In this document: positions 1-8,985 of the stretch, in pieces | Numbering within the stretch: position 1 is the stretch's first letter | Layout: each line of letters opens with the position of its first letter | DNA from: an uncultured delta proteobacterium | GTDB lineage: Bacteria; Desulfobacterota; Binatia; Binatales; Binataceae | NCBI GenBank assembly: GCA_963794325.1 | Contig: CAWCDG010000004.1 | Location: 1,696,001 to 1,760,000, forward strand | DNA length: 64,000 nt | Direction of reading: 5' to 3' | Made by a program: the position numbers and the translations under genes | The notes under the pieces: model-generated | Seen by the model: the letters and a program-made list of their open reading frames with translations, nothing else | Databases searched by the model: none | What the model was told of the DNA's origin: nothing

Positions 1-2
1 CC

Positions 3-746
3 GGCGGTACCCGCGGTCTCGGCCGCGCAATATCGATCGGCCTCGCGCGCCTCGGCGCAACTGTCGCGATGAACTATCGCCGCGACGAAGCTAGCGCCGC
101 GAAAGCGCTCGACGAAGTCCGCGCGATTTCCCCGCGCTCGATCCTCGTCAAGGCCGACCTCGAAGACGACGCGCAGGTGCGTGCGATGGTGACGCGCGCC
201 GCCTCCGAACTCGGCGGCCTCGACATCCTGATCGCAAACGCCGCCGCGACCGCATTCAAACCGCTGCTCGAAACCAAGCCGCACAATCTCGCGCGCACCT
301 TCGCACTGAGCGTCAACGGATTCGTCGCCGCCGTCCAGGAAGCGAACAAGGTGATGCGCGATGGCGGCCGGGTCCTGATGATTTCCGGCATCGACTCGAT
401 CCGCAACCTGCCCGGCCACGGCGTGCTCGGCGCCGCCAAAGCCGCGCTCGAGAGTATGGTGCGCGACTTCGCCTTCGAGCTCGGCCCGCGTGGCATCACG
501 GTCAACGGCCTCAACGTTGGCTACATCGACACCGACTCCGCCCGCTTCTATGCGAACTACCTGGGCGACAATTACGAAGATTTCCAGCGCCGATGTGCCG
601 AGCGCTCCGCCCTGAAACGCCTCCCAACCCTCGACGAGATCGCAGCAGTTGCCTGCCTGCTCTGCCTCCCCGCCGCCAGCTACCTAACCGCGCAGACGAT
701 CATGGTGGACGGCGGCTTCACCTTGAGTTTCCCCGGCGTGAAGTGA
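3..746 (+). CDS. SDR oxidoreductase, enoyl-ACP reductase FabL/FabI-like (5' truncated by window edge)
   Basis: The frame runs open from base 3: GGTRGLG Rossmann motif, ANAA, HGVLGAAKAALE, C-terminal VDGG. Confidence 0.85.
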   Translation, partial: GGTRGLGRAISIGLARLGATVAMNYRRDEASAAKALDEVRAISPRSILVKADLEDDAQVRAMVTRAASELGGLDILIANAAATAFKPLLETKPHNLARTFALSVNGFVAAVQEANKVMRDGGRVLMISGIDSIRNLPGHGVLGAAKAALESMVRDFAFELGPRGITVNGLNVGYIDTDSARFYANYLGDNYEDFQRRCAERSALKRLPTLDEIAAVACLLCLPAASYLTAQTIMVDGGFTLSFPGVK

Positions 747-769
747 TTACCCCGCTCGGTCTGGCGGTT

Positions 770-1222
770 TCATGATGCGGATTTGCTCTTTGCGATCGCG
801 TCGGCGGCGGCTCCGACTGCCTTCCAGCCTTCGGGTGGGATGTAGTTCATCTCGAGACGCGTGCCGTCCGGATCTTCGAAGACTACCGAATAGTAGCCGG
901 GCCAGAACGGGCCTGGCTCTGCGGGATAAATGATCTTCGCACCGATTTCTTTGAGCATCGCGTAGCACGAATCGACCTCGTCGCGGCTGCGCGCTCGAAA
1001 TGACAGGTGATGCAATCCGGTGCGCCATTGCGAAAATCGATCGCCCGCCGGCGCCGCATGTCCCATCACAAACATGTACTCGTCCGCGCACCATCCCACG
1101 CCGAGCGGCGACTCGTAGTAGCGGCGCATCCCGATGTGCGTCATCAGGCGATCGTAAAATTTCAGGCACGCCTCGTAGTTGCTGACCGTCAGCGTGACAT
1201 GCGCAAATCCTGCAAACTCCAT
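770..1222 (-). CDS. VOC/glyoxalase family protein
   Basis: HVTLTV, LHHLSFRA and YYSVVFEDPDGTRLE motifs; ATG at 1222. Confidence 0.85.
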   Translation of the reverse strand: MEFAGFAHVTLTVSNYEACLKFYDRLMTHIGMRRYYESPLGVGWCADEYMFVMGHAAPAGDRFSQWRTGLHHLSFRARSRDEVDSCYAMLKEIGAKIIYPAEPGPFWPGYYSVVFEDPDGTRLEMNYIPPEGWKAVGAAADAIAKSKSAS

Positions 1223-1232
1223 TTTCAGCACC

Positions 1233-2000
1233 TTAGCCGCGAGCGGCGGTCGCAATCCGGATATTGCCCCATTTGCCGACTGCGCCCTGCCCGTGGCATG
1301 ACACGCTGCCCTTGCCCGGCGCTATATCCTTTTCGCTCATCAGGCCGAGCGCGAGCGTGCACGGCCCCAGCTTGAACGGGACGTTGGAATACTGGCGCAC
1401 CTGCTTGCCGTCAACCGAGAAGGTCACGCGGTCGGCAGCGGAGTCGTACGCGATTTCAAGGTGATGGAGCCGGCCGGGCGCGCTCGCGTCGCGAATCTCC
1501 TCGAACAGGCAGAAGTGCCTCGGGCCGTGCGCCGGATCGACGATCGGCACTCCCGGAAATGGCAGCTTGCCGTACACCGTCGCGATCGTTTCGTTGCCAA
1601 CGAAGAAATCGAGCGCTGCGCCAGTCGAAAAATCGAGCACGTTGAATGAAACGAAACCGTCGTAGAGATCGCCGGGCGCGCCATCAATGATCGTCGCGGC
1701 GAGATCGATCGAAAATGTAATCGTGCCGCCGTCGGGGCATGCGAAGGTGCGCGTGCTGAAATACATGTGCTTTGCGTTATCCAGAAACTGGATCTTGTCG
1801 TGTCCGCGCGTGTACGGCATCGCAGCGACGCGCAGAAATCCGTCCTGCACGATCACGACCGCGTCGGGCTCGCGATATTGCCAGAAGCCGCCGTCAGGCA
1901 ACGGGAATCCTGCGAGCATCCAGTCGCCCTCACCGGTGACGGCCGACGCGAAGTTGGAGTATTCGATCACCTGGTTGGCGGATGGGGAGGACTTACTCAT
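1233..2000 (-). CDS. Conserved hypothetical protein (DUF6081-like, ConA-like beta fold)
   Basis: FWQYREP...LDNAKHMYFST pattern; start placed at ATG 2000 because the upstream ORF extension is repeat DNA. Confidence 0.6.
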   Translation of the reverse strand: MSKSSPSANQVIEYSNFASAVTGEGDWMLAGFPLPDGGFWQYREPDAVVIVQDGFLRVAAMPYTRGHDKIQFLDNAKHMYFSTRTFACPDGGTITFSIDLAATIIDGAPGDLYDGFVSFNVLDFSTGAALDFFVGNETIATVYGKLPFPGVPIVDPAHGPRHFCLFEEIRDASAPGRLHHLEIAYDSAADRVTFSVDGKQVRQYSNVPFKLGPCTLALGLMSEKDIAPGKGSVSCHGQGAVGKWGNIRIATAARG

Positions 2001-2030
2001 GCGAGAGAAGATACTGAATACGGAATATTG

Positions 2031-2218
2031 AATCACCTGCGCGGTGGGCGGCAGGGGTGACCCCTGCACCCAGTATCTACACCGAAACGCCCTGCGGACA
2101 GGTCTTTTCGAAAAACTTCTAACAGAGGCCCTACGAGTACTCAGGGTAAACTCCGCCCCGCATCTTGAATGGATACCGGGTGCAGGGGTCACCCCTGCCG
2201 CCCACCGCGCAGGTGATT
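2031..2218. repeat. REP doublet: 47-bp inverted repeats (2031-2077 / 2172-2218) with core GGCAGGGGTGACCCCTGCACC
   Basis: Arms are reverse complements with 1 mismatch; the core recurs at 5.9, 34.6, 40.6, 58.7 and 61.8 kb. Confidence 0.9.
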
Positions 2219-2280
2219 GTGTGGATGATTGCGCTGATCCGCGCGTGGCGAAAGAATGGGTCGGTAGCAGGAGGTTATCA

Positions 2281-2715
2281 ATGGCGCAGCAAACTAAAGA
2301 TTCCGACCGGGCCCGGCAGGCCGATCAGGAAAAGCATCACGCCAGGCATCCCCACAATGAGAATATTTTGGCGCAAGGCGGATTGATTGCGGTCGATGTC
2401 CGCGCGGAGATCGTGCGGCTCAAGGGCGAGCCCGCGTGGGCCGGCAACGATCGGCATGGCAGTTCGCTGGTCAAGGGCGACGGGATCAACGTCGCGCTGA
2501 TTGTGCTGAAGAAGGGGGCGAAGATGCAGGAGCATCACACGCGAGCGCCGATCACCGTGCATGTGATCGAGGGCCGGATCAATTTTGTCGCGAACAGCAA
2601 GACCCAGCCTGTAACGGCAGGGATAGTCGTCGCGCTGGATCGTGGAATCGAGCACTCGATCGAGGCGGTCGAGGAGAGTGCGCTCGTGCTGACGGTCGGC
2701 GGAGAGCAGATGTAG
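2281..2715 (+). CDS. Cupin-domain protein
   Basis: SD AGGAGG before ATG 2281; EHH...ITVHVIEG...IEHSIEAVEES cupin pattern. Confidence 0.85.
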   Translation: MAQQTKDSDRARQADQEKHHARHPHNENILAQGGLIAVDVRAEIVRLKGEPAWAGNDRHGSSLVKGDGINVALIVLKKGAKMQEHHTRAPITVHVIEGRINFVANSKTQPVTAGIVVALDRGIEHSIEAVEESALVLTVGGEQM

Positions 2716-3492
2716 GTGGCGCTGTACGACCGGATTGGAGTTGGATACGACACGACGCGCCAAGCCGATCCGTACCTGCTGTCGCGACTGATTCATCATC
2801 TGCGCCCTCGAGCGAGCGGGCGCTACCTCGACATCGGATCGGGCACCGGGAATTACACGATCGCGATGCATCAGGCGGGCGTGCCGATTCGCGGACTGGA
2901 GCTGTCGGCGACGATGCTCGCGCGGGCGAAGGAGAAGTGTCCGGCGATTGCGTGGCACAACGGACGCGCGGAGGCGATTCCGTTCGCGTCGGGCAGTTTC
3001 GAGGGCGCGACCTGCACCTTCGTGCATCATCATATGGCGGACCCAGTCGCGGCGTTCAAGGAAGTCCATCGCGTGCTGAGGCCGGGTGCGCGATTCGTGA
3101 TTCTCAACGGCACCGCGGAGCAGATGCGCCATTACTGGCTCAACGAATATTTCCCGCGCATGATGGAAAAGGCGACGGCGCCGTATCTGCGATTCGTCAC
3201 GATCGACTTGCTCGAGGCGGCGGGTTTCCGAATCGCGTGTGAGGAGAAATACGATGTCACGCCTGACCTGAAAGATTTTTTTCTCTGTTGCGGAAAGCTC
3301 CAACCCGAGCGGTACCTGGACCCGGGCATCCGAAGCGGAATATCGAGTTTCGCCGACGCTCCCGATCAGGACGAAATCGCGCGCGGCGTTCAGCGAATCG
3401 CCGAGGACATCGAGTCGGGGCGCATCAACGACGTGATTCGAAAGTTCGCCTATGACGGCGGCGACTACATGTTCACAGTCGCGGCGAGATAG
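2716..3492 (+). CDS. Class I SAM-dependent methyltransferase
   Basis: YLDIGSGTG motif I; EVHRVLRPGA. Confidence 0.9.
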   Translation: MALYDRIGVGYDTTRQADPYLLSRLIHHLRPRASGRYLDIGSGTGNYTIAMHQAGVPIRGLELSATMLARAKEKCPAIAWHNGRAEAIPFASGSFEGATCTFVHHHMADPVAAFKEVHRVLRPGARFVILNGTAEQMRHYWLNEYFPRMMEKATAPYLRFVTIDLLEAAGFRIACEEKYDVTPDLKDFFLCCGKLQPERYLDPGIRSGISSFADAPDQDEIARGVQRIAEDIESGRINDVIRKFAYDGGDYMFTVAAR

Positions 3493-3500
3493 ATCGGTTC

Positions 3501-4286
3501 CTACACCCGCGCGCGGATTGCGCCGTCCACTGCGATCGATTCTCCGGTTACGAAGCCTGCGGCGGGAGAACACAAATAGAGCAGGGCGCCGCCGAGTTCT
3601 TCGGGCTTCACCAGACGGTTGTCGGGCAGGTACTTGAGCAGGGTCTTGCTGAACTCGTCGTCCTTGCTCGCGGGACTCGATTCGTCGTCGAGCCATCCGG
3701 CTTCGATCGCGTTGACGCGGATACCTTTGCGAGCCCACTCGAGCGCAAGTGCGCGCGTCAGATTCAGGACGGCCGCCTTCGCCGCGCAGTACAGCGCCGC
3801 GTTGGGGACGCCGCGCTCCGCCAGCACCGACGTGATATTGACGATGACGCCGCCGCCTCGCGTGAGCATCACGCGCGCGCCCTCCTGACACGACATCCAC
3901 ACCGTCTTCAGATTGTTCTCCATGATCTTGTCGAACTTTGTGTCGTCGCCGGCTTCTGCCGGTCCAAAGGCGGGCGCATCGAGCGCGTTGACGACGATGT
4001 GCAACCCGCCGAGCTCCTTCGCGGCCAGGTCGGCAGTGGCGGACACATCGGCGCGAGTCGCCGCGTCCTGCACGCGAACGACGGCCTTGCTTCCAGCCGA
4101 AGTCACCAGCTTGGCGATTTCCTTGAGTTGCTTGTCGGTGCCGGGCTCCTGCGAAGCGAGCACGATTTTTGCGCCGGCCTCGGCGAGAGCGACTGCCGCG
4201 GCGCGGCCTATGGCATGCTCGGCGCCAACGACCAGCGCGCCTTTGCCTTCGAGGGAGAAGTCATTCGATGAGTTCGAGGAGGCCAT
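3501..4286 (-). CDS. SDR oxidoreductase
   Basis: YCAAK catalytic motif, GIRVNAI, VDG; degenerate GAEHAIG nucleotide-binding motif. Confidence 0.85.
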   Translation of the reverse strand: MASSNSSNDFSLEGKGALVVGAEHAIGRAAAVALAEAGAKIVLASQEPGTDKQLKEIAKLVTSAGSKAVVRVQDAATRADVSATADLAAKELGGLHIVVNALDAPAFGPAEAGDDTKFDKIMENNLKTVWMSCQEGARVMLTRGGGVIVNITSVLAERGVPNAALYCAAKAAVLNLTRALALEWARKGIRVNAIEAGWLDDESSPASKDDEFSKTLLKYLPDNRLVKPEELGGALLYLCSPAAGFVTGESIAVDGAIRARV

Positions 4287-4318
4287 TTTTAGCTCCGCTG
4301 TTTTCTGACTTTTTCACG

Positions 4319-5113
4319 CTAGTGCGAAGTTTCCGGCGACACTCCGGTCGGCGCGATTCCGCCCGCGAGGCCGCCGCCGTCGATCGCAACCATTTCGCCA
4401 TTGATGTGGTTGGACGCATCGGAGGCGAGGAACACGGCGAGCGGACCGAGTTCGCTGTCCTCGCCGACGCGCCCGAGAGGAATAAATTTGCCGCCCTTGA
4501 AAAACTGCAACATCTCTTCGTTGTGCGGGAAGACGCCGGGCACGATGCAATTGGTCTGGATGTTGAACTGCGCGTAGGTCAGCGCCATCGAGCGCGTCAA
4601 CTGGATGGTGCCGCCCTTGGCGCACGCGTACATGAAGTTGTGCTTGCCGCCGCGGAGCGCATAGCCCGACGCGATGTTGATGATCTTGCCGCGCTTTTGC
4701 TTGACCATCTGCGGAGCGACCGCACGACATCCGTAGAACTGGCTGGTGAGATTGGTGTCGATGCCGCGGCGCCAATCTTCGTCGGAAATTTCCGGGAGCT
4801 GCTTTCCCGCTCCGCCGTCGCCGCCGCCGGCATTGTTAATCAGGATGTCGATTTTGCCGAACTCTTTGATCGTCGCCTCGGCCAGTGCGTTCACCTGCGC
4901 CGAGATTGTCACATCGGTTGGCACGATGAGGCACTTGCGCCCGGTTTTTTTGACCGCTTCGGCAGTCTCTTCGAGTTGCGATTGAGTGCGGGCCGCTGCG
5001 ACGATATCGGCGCCCGTCTCGGCGAACTTCACTGCCATCGCACGGCCGAGTCCGCGGCCGGCGCCGGTGATGATGGCGACTTTTCCGTCAAGCTTGAAAG
5101 AATCCAGAATCAT
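4319..5113 (-). CDS. SDR oxidoreductase (FabG/KduD-like)
   Basis: TGAGRGLG, NNAG, YACAK. Confidence 0.9.
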   Translation of the reverse strand: MILDSFKLDGKVAIITGAGRGLGRAMAVKFAETGADIVAAARTQSQLEETAEAVKKTGRKCLIVPTDVTISAQVNALAEATIKEFGKIDILINNAGGGDGGAGKQLPEISDEDWRRGIDTNLTSQFYGCRAVAPQMVKQKRGKIINIASGYALRGGKHNFMYACAKGGTIQLTRSMALTYAQFNIQTNCIVPGVFPHNEEMLQFFKGGKFIPLGRVGEDSELGPLAVFLASDASNHINGEMVAIDGGGLAGGIAPTGVSPETSH

Positions 5114-5239
5114 TGCGTCACCTCAACCAGGCCTGGCGCAGTTCTTCTAGCTCAATAACATAGCTGCGCCGTTGCGGAAAATGCGGTTTTGACGCGCGCT
5201 CAAGCGCGGGTCCTATATTGAGGTCAGGAGGATCGAGCA

Positions 5240-5857
5240 ATGGCGCTGAAGATCGTGATGTTCTCGGACTACATCTGTCCGTTCTGCTACGTCGGCTTCG
5301 AAACGATGCGGCGGCTGAAGCCGGAATTCGATTTCCAACTCGAATGGCGCGGCTTTCAGATTCATCCCGATTGGCCCGCCGAAGGAATGCCAGCCGAGAA
5401 GTTTCGTGAAGGGGGCGACGCGGCAGCGCGGCATGCGACCTGGCAGCGGATAGTCGCGATGGCCGATGCGGTGGGATTTTCGATCAAGCCGCCGACCGTT
5501 ATTACCAACTCGCGTGCTGCGTTGGCGGCCACCGAATTTGCGCGCGAGTCGGGCCGCGACGAGGCGCTCGAGGAGCGAATCTACCGCGCGTACTTCAATG
5601 ACGGCGAGAATATCGGCGATGCGAGTGTCGTCGCGCGGCTGGCCGGAGAAGCTGGACTCGATGCGGGCGAGGTTGCCGATGCGATCAAATCGCCGAAGTA
5701 CGAGATGCGGCTGAAAAACAATTCACTCGCGGCACATCAGCGCGGAGTCAGCGGAGTTCCGACCTTCTTCATCGGCGAGTATCCGCTGGTCGGCGCGCAA
5801 AGCCTCGACGCGATGCGCGCGATCCTCAAACGCGCGACCGAAAGATTCGCGAGCTGA
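5240..5857 (+). CDS. DsbA-family (FrnE-like) oxidoreductase
   Basis: SDYICPFCY and GVSGVPTF motifs. Confidence 0.9.
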   Translation: MALKIVMFSDYICPFCYVGFETMRRLKPEFDFQLEWRGFQIHPDWPAEGMPAEKFREGGDAAARHATWQRIVAMADAVGFSIKPPTVITNSRAALAATEFARESGRDEALEERIYRAYFNDGENIGDASVVARLAGEAGLDAGEVADAIKSPKYEMRLKNNSLAAHQRGVSGVPTFFIGEYPLVGAQSLDAMRAILKRATERFAS

Positions 5858-5866
5858 CGGCGACAC

Positions 5867-5966
5867 TATTGAATGTGAAACCCTCCGCGGGTTTCACGCT
5901 TCCGCGGCAGGGGTGACCCCTGCACCCAGTATTAAGAAAAGATGCGGGACTTCGTCCCTGTTAGAA
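5867..5966. repeat. Composite REP-like element (GTGAAACC..GGTTTCAC hairpin + GCAGGGGTGACCCCTGC hairpin + tail)
   Basis: Near-identical to 61761-61853 and to the start of 58640-58728. Confidence 0.9.
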
Positions 5967-5970
5967 CTCT

Positions 5971-6070
5971 TTTTTGTGTCATTCTAGAGCGAAGCGAAGA
6001 ATCCCGGATCTTTTCTTGCCTCTCACTATCAGGGAGAGGCCGACGCGCGTCCGCGCGCGTCGGGTGAGGG
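5971..6070. repeat. GTCATTCT..AGCGAAGAATC REP joined to a GGGAGAGG..GGTGAGGG module
   Basis: The same module series recurs at about 40818-40970 with an internal insertion. Confidence 0.75.
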
Positions 6071-6092
6071 TCCAAATTCCTGATTCTTCAGC

Positions 6093-6794
6093 TCACGTGC
6101 GGTGACGCGCGATGTACATGCCGCGCCCCATAAGGCCTTCGGTGTCGTAGCGGACGTCCATGTTCGCTGATTCGAATGCGCGCGTCATTTCTTCGCGCGT
6201 GAACAGGCCGAGCTCTAGCCGCTCGCTGTAGTGCTCGATGCCTGAAGAGGTGCTCCTGAGATAATGCATGAGGACGACAGACAGATTGCCCTCACGCCCG
6301 CTCAGGCTCATGCGGCAGACTTTGTCCGGGCCGATTTCGCCGGCGTGAATGAAAGGATGGCTGGGTTTCCACGCATCCGGAGTAATCCAGGGTTCAACGA
6401 TCAGCACACCGCCGGGCTTTACGTGACGCGCCATGCATGCGACTGCGCGATTCATCCGGTCGACCGTTTTCACATAGCCGATCGCGCTGAACAGGCATGT
6501 CACAGCGTCGTAAGTCGTCGCCAGATCGAAATCAGTCATGTCGGCGCGGGTGTACCGGCCCGCGGGATTCTTCGCGCGCGCGGCGCGCAAATATTCTTCG
6601 TTGAGATCGACGCCGTCGACTGAGTAATGACTCTTCAGGAATTTGTCGTGCTGACCGGTGCCGCACGCGACGTCGAGAATCGTGCGCGCTCCCGGCGCGG
6701 CGACCGCAATCACGGCGCGCAAAATCTCGCATTCGTGTGCGTAGTTCTTGAAGTGATAGATGGCGTCGTAGAGCTCGGGACTTTCGAGGAACAT
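6093..6794 (-). CDS. SAM-dependent methyltransferase (TylM1/DesVI N-methyltransferase-like)
   Basis: LDVACGTG, DAVTCLFSAIGY, PGGVLIVEPW, GRGMY. Confidence 0.85.
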   Translation of the reverse strand: MFLESPELYDAIYHFKNYAHECEILRAVIAVAAPGARTILDVACGTGQHDKFLKSHYSVDGVDLNEEYLRAARAKNPAGRYTRADMTDFDLATTYDAVTCLFSAIGYVKTVDRMNRAVACMARHVKPGGVLIVEPWITPDAWKPSHPFIHAGEIGPDKVCRMSLSGREGNLSVVLMHYLRSTSSGIEHYSERLELGLFTREEMTRAFESANMDVRYDTEGLMGRGMYIARHRT

Positions 6795-6860
6795 CGCGTC
6801 AGCTTAGCGATTTCGCGGGGCGGATTCACCGACGCGCAGTGTGGTAAGAATCTTGGTGGG

Positions 6861-7091
6861 ATGAAAGCGCGTGAAGGGGTTCGCCTCGACCTGCGAGGCG
6901 TCAAATGTCCGCTCAACTGGGCGCGGGCGAAGGTGCGCCTCGAGCAGATGGCGCGTGGCGAGGTGCTCGACCTGACGCTCGACGATCCGCGCGGTGCTCG
7001 CGACATCCCCGGCGCCGCTGAGGCGGAAGGCTACGTGATTCTCGAATCGACCGCGCGCAACGGCATCTTTCATCTGCGCATCGAAAGGTAG
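6861..7091 (+). CDS. TusA/SirA-family sulfur carrier
   Basis: LDLRGVKCP...LDDP..DIP motif; 76 aa. Confidence 0.85.
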   Translation: MKAREGVRLDLRGVKCPLNWARAKVRLEQMARGEVLDLTLDDPRGARDIPGAAEAEGYVILESTARNGIFHLRIER

Positions 7092-7129
7092 TTTGCACCT
7101 CACAGTCGTTCGCGTTAGAAGTCACGCCG

Positions 7130-7972
7130 ATGCGCGTACAAGTTGGTGACGTTCGATTGTTCTTTGACGTGGAAGGCGCCAAGCTGCGGCCCGACGGCGC
7201 GAAGATGCGCGAGGCGCCGACGGTTGTCCTGCTGCATGGCGGCCCTGGCTTCGACCATTCGAACTTCAAGCCCGACTTCTCGCGGCTCGCGGAGAGTGTG
7301 CAGGTCGTCTATCTCGACCATCGCGGGAACGGCCGCAGCGATCACGGCGACCCGTCGAAATGGAATCTCGCGCAATGGGGCGACGATGTGCGCGCATTTT
7401 GCGAGGCGCTGGAGATCGAGCGCCCGATCGTGCTCGGAGTCTCGTTCGGCGGGATGGTTGCGATGTCGTACGCCACGCGTCATCCGGAGCATCCCGCGAA
7501 GCTCGTGCTCAGCAGCACGGCGGCGGTAAGCCGGCAGGATCGATCGCTGGAAATGTTCGACAAGCTCGGCGGTCCTGAAGTGCGCGAAGTGGCGCGCAGA
7601 TTTTTCGAGAATCCCGGGCCGGAAGCGATGGTCGAATATACGAAGAAGTGTCTGCCGCTTTACAACCGGACTCCGTCGCCGCCCGAGTTCATGCAGCGCG
7701 CGGTGATGAATCCGAAGGTGACCGCCGATTTTTTTCTGCACGAATCGCACACCTTCAACTTTCTGCCTGACCTCGCGAAGATAAAATGCCCGACTCTGAT
7801 TACCGCCGGCGAACTCGATCCGATTCTGCCCGTTGCCGATTCGAAGGACATCGCCGATGCGATGGCGCCGGGAGTTGCGCGGCTCGAAGTCTTCGAGAAT
7901 GCCGGCCATGGGGTGCATCGCGATCAGCCTGATCGCTTCTTCAAAATGCTCGACGAATTCATCCGAGCGTGA
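7130..7972 (+). CDS. Alpha/beta hydrolase (proline iminopeptidase-like)
   Basis: HGGPG, GVSFGG nucleophile elbow, GELDP, AGH. Confidence 0.9.
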   Translation: MRVQVGDVRLFFDVEGAKLRPDGAKMREAPTVVLLHGGPGFDHSNFKPDFSRLAESVQVVYLDHRGNGRSDHGDPSKWNLAQWGDDVRAFCEALEIERPIVLGVSFGGMVAMSYATRHPEHPAKLVLSSTAAVSRQDRSLEMFDKLGGPEVREVARRFFENPGPEAMVEYTKKCLPLYNRTPSPPEFMQRAVMNPKVTADFFLHESHTFNFLPDLAKIKCPTLITAGELDPILPVADSKDIADAMAPGVARLEVFENAGHGVHRDQPDRFFKMLDEFIRA

Positions 7973-7982
7973 CTTGGGCGAG

Positions 7983-8669
7983 ATGGGCAAGCGCTATTTC
8001 ACTCCGCGATTTTTTGAATTCTTCGAAGAGCTGAGCCGCAACAACAATCGCGAGTGGTTCACAGCCAACAAGCCGCGCTATGAGCGCGACGTGCGGGAGC
8101 CGATGCTCGCGTTTATCGCGGACTTCGCGCCGCGGCTCAGAAAGATCAATCCATGCTACGTCGCCGACCCGCGCCCGTCTGGCGGATCGATGATGCGCAT
8201 CTATCGCAATCTGCGCTTCTCGCGCGACAAGACGCCCTATCACACAAATGCGAGCGCAGCATTCGGCCATCGCGACGGCGCGCATTTCAACTCGCCGTCG
8301 TTCTACCTGTCGCTCTCGCCGGCGGAGGCTTTCGCGGGCGTCGGCGTGTGGCATCCGCAGGCGGACACCATCGCGAAGATCCGCGATGCGATCGTCGCAC
8401 ATCCCGCGAAGTGGAAGAGCGCGATCAACGATAAAAAATTCAAGGCGCGCTTCGACATGATGGGCGACATGCTGTCGCGCCCACCAAAGGGCTACGACGC
8501 CAGCTATCCGATGATCGAGGACCTCAAGCGCAAGGATTTCGTCGGTGGCACTCAATTCACCCGCAAGGAAGTCTGCTCGCCAGAGTTCATGGATCTGTTC
8601 TCCAAAGCGTGCGCGACGTCGGCCCCATTCATGAAGTTCCTGACCGAAGCGATGGGCCTGAAGTGGTAA
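7983..8669 (+). CDS. DUF2461/TIGR02453-like protein
   Basis: NNNREWF...RIYRNLRFSRDKTPY pattern. Confidence 0.85.
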   Translation: MGKRYFTPRFFEFFEELSRNNNREWFTANKPRYERDVREPMLAFIADFAPRLRKINPCYVADPRPSGGSMMRIYRNLRFSRDKTPYHTNASAAFGHRDGAHFNSPSFYLSLSPAEAFAGVGVWHPQADTIAKIRDAIVAHPAKWKSAINDKKFKARFDMMGDMLSRPPKGYDASYPMIEDLKRKDFVGGTQFTRKEVCSPEFMDLFSKACATSAPFMKFLTEAMGLKW

Positions 8670-8673
8670 CTGG

Positions 8674-8915
8674 ATCCTAACCTCTTCTTGTCCGAGGAGA
8701 GGTCGGCGCGAGCCGAAGGCGAGCGACGGGAGAGGTGCAACGCCAGACTGTCGCAACAGTGCCCGTTGTGCTGCTGTCGAGCGGCGAACCCTTGTCTGTT
8801 CATTGAGATTAAACGAGTCGGGGTTGGTGGGCTGTCGAGCGTTGCACCTCACCCGGCGACACCGCCTTTCACGCGGCTTACGCCGACCTCCCCTCGGACA
8901 AGGAGAGGTTAGGAT
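8674..8915. repeat. MITE/REPIN-like element with 35-bp terminal inverted repeats and nested inner IRs
   Basis: 8674-8708 vs 8881-8915 are reverse complements with 2 mismatches; inner GAGGTGCAACGC/GCGTTGCACCTC; collapsed relative at 26673-26708. Confidence 0.85.
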
Positions 8916-8985
8916 TTTTGGATTGTTCGCGCCGTCTGGTTTGACGGTTGGGTCTCATGGGGATGCCGGGATAAACTCAATCGCG

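Noticed and set aside
2278-3900. Long antisense ORFs (also 25132-26694, 20052-21251, 59843-61087, 12653-13720)
   Set aside because: Shadow ORFs of high-GC genes on the opposite strand, Arg-rich and without motifs
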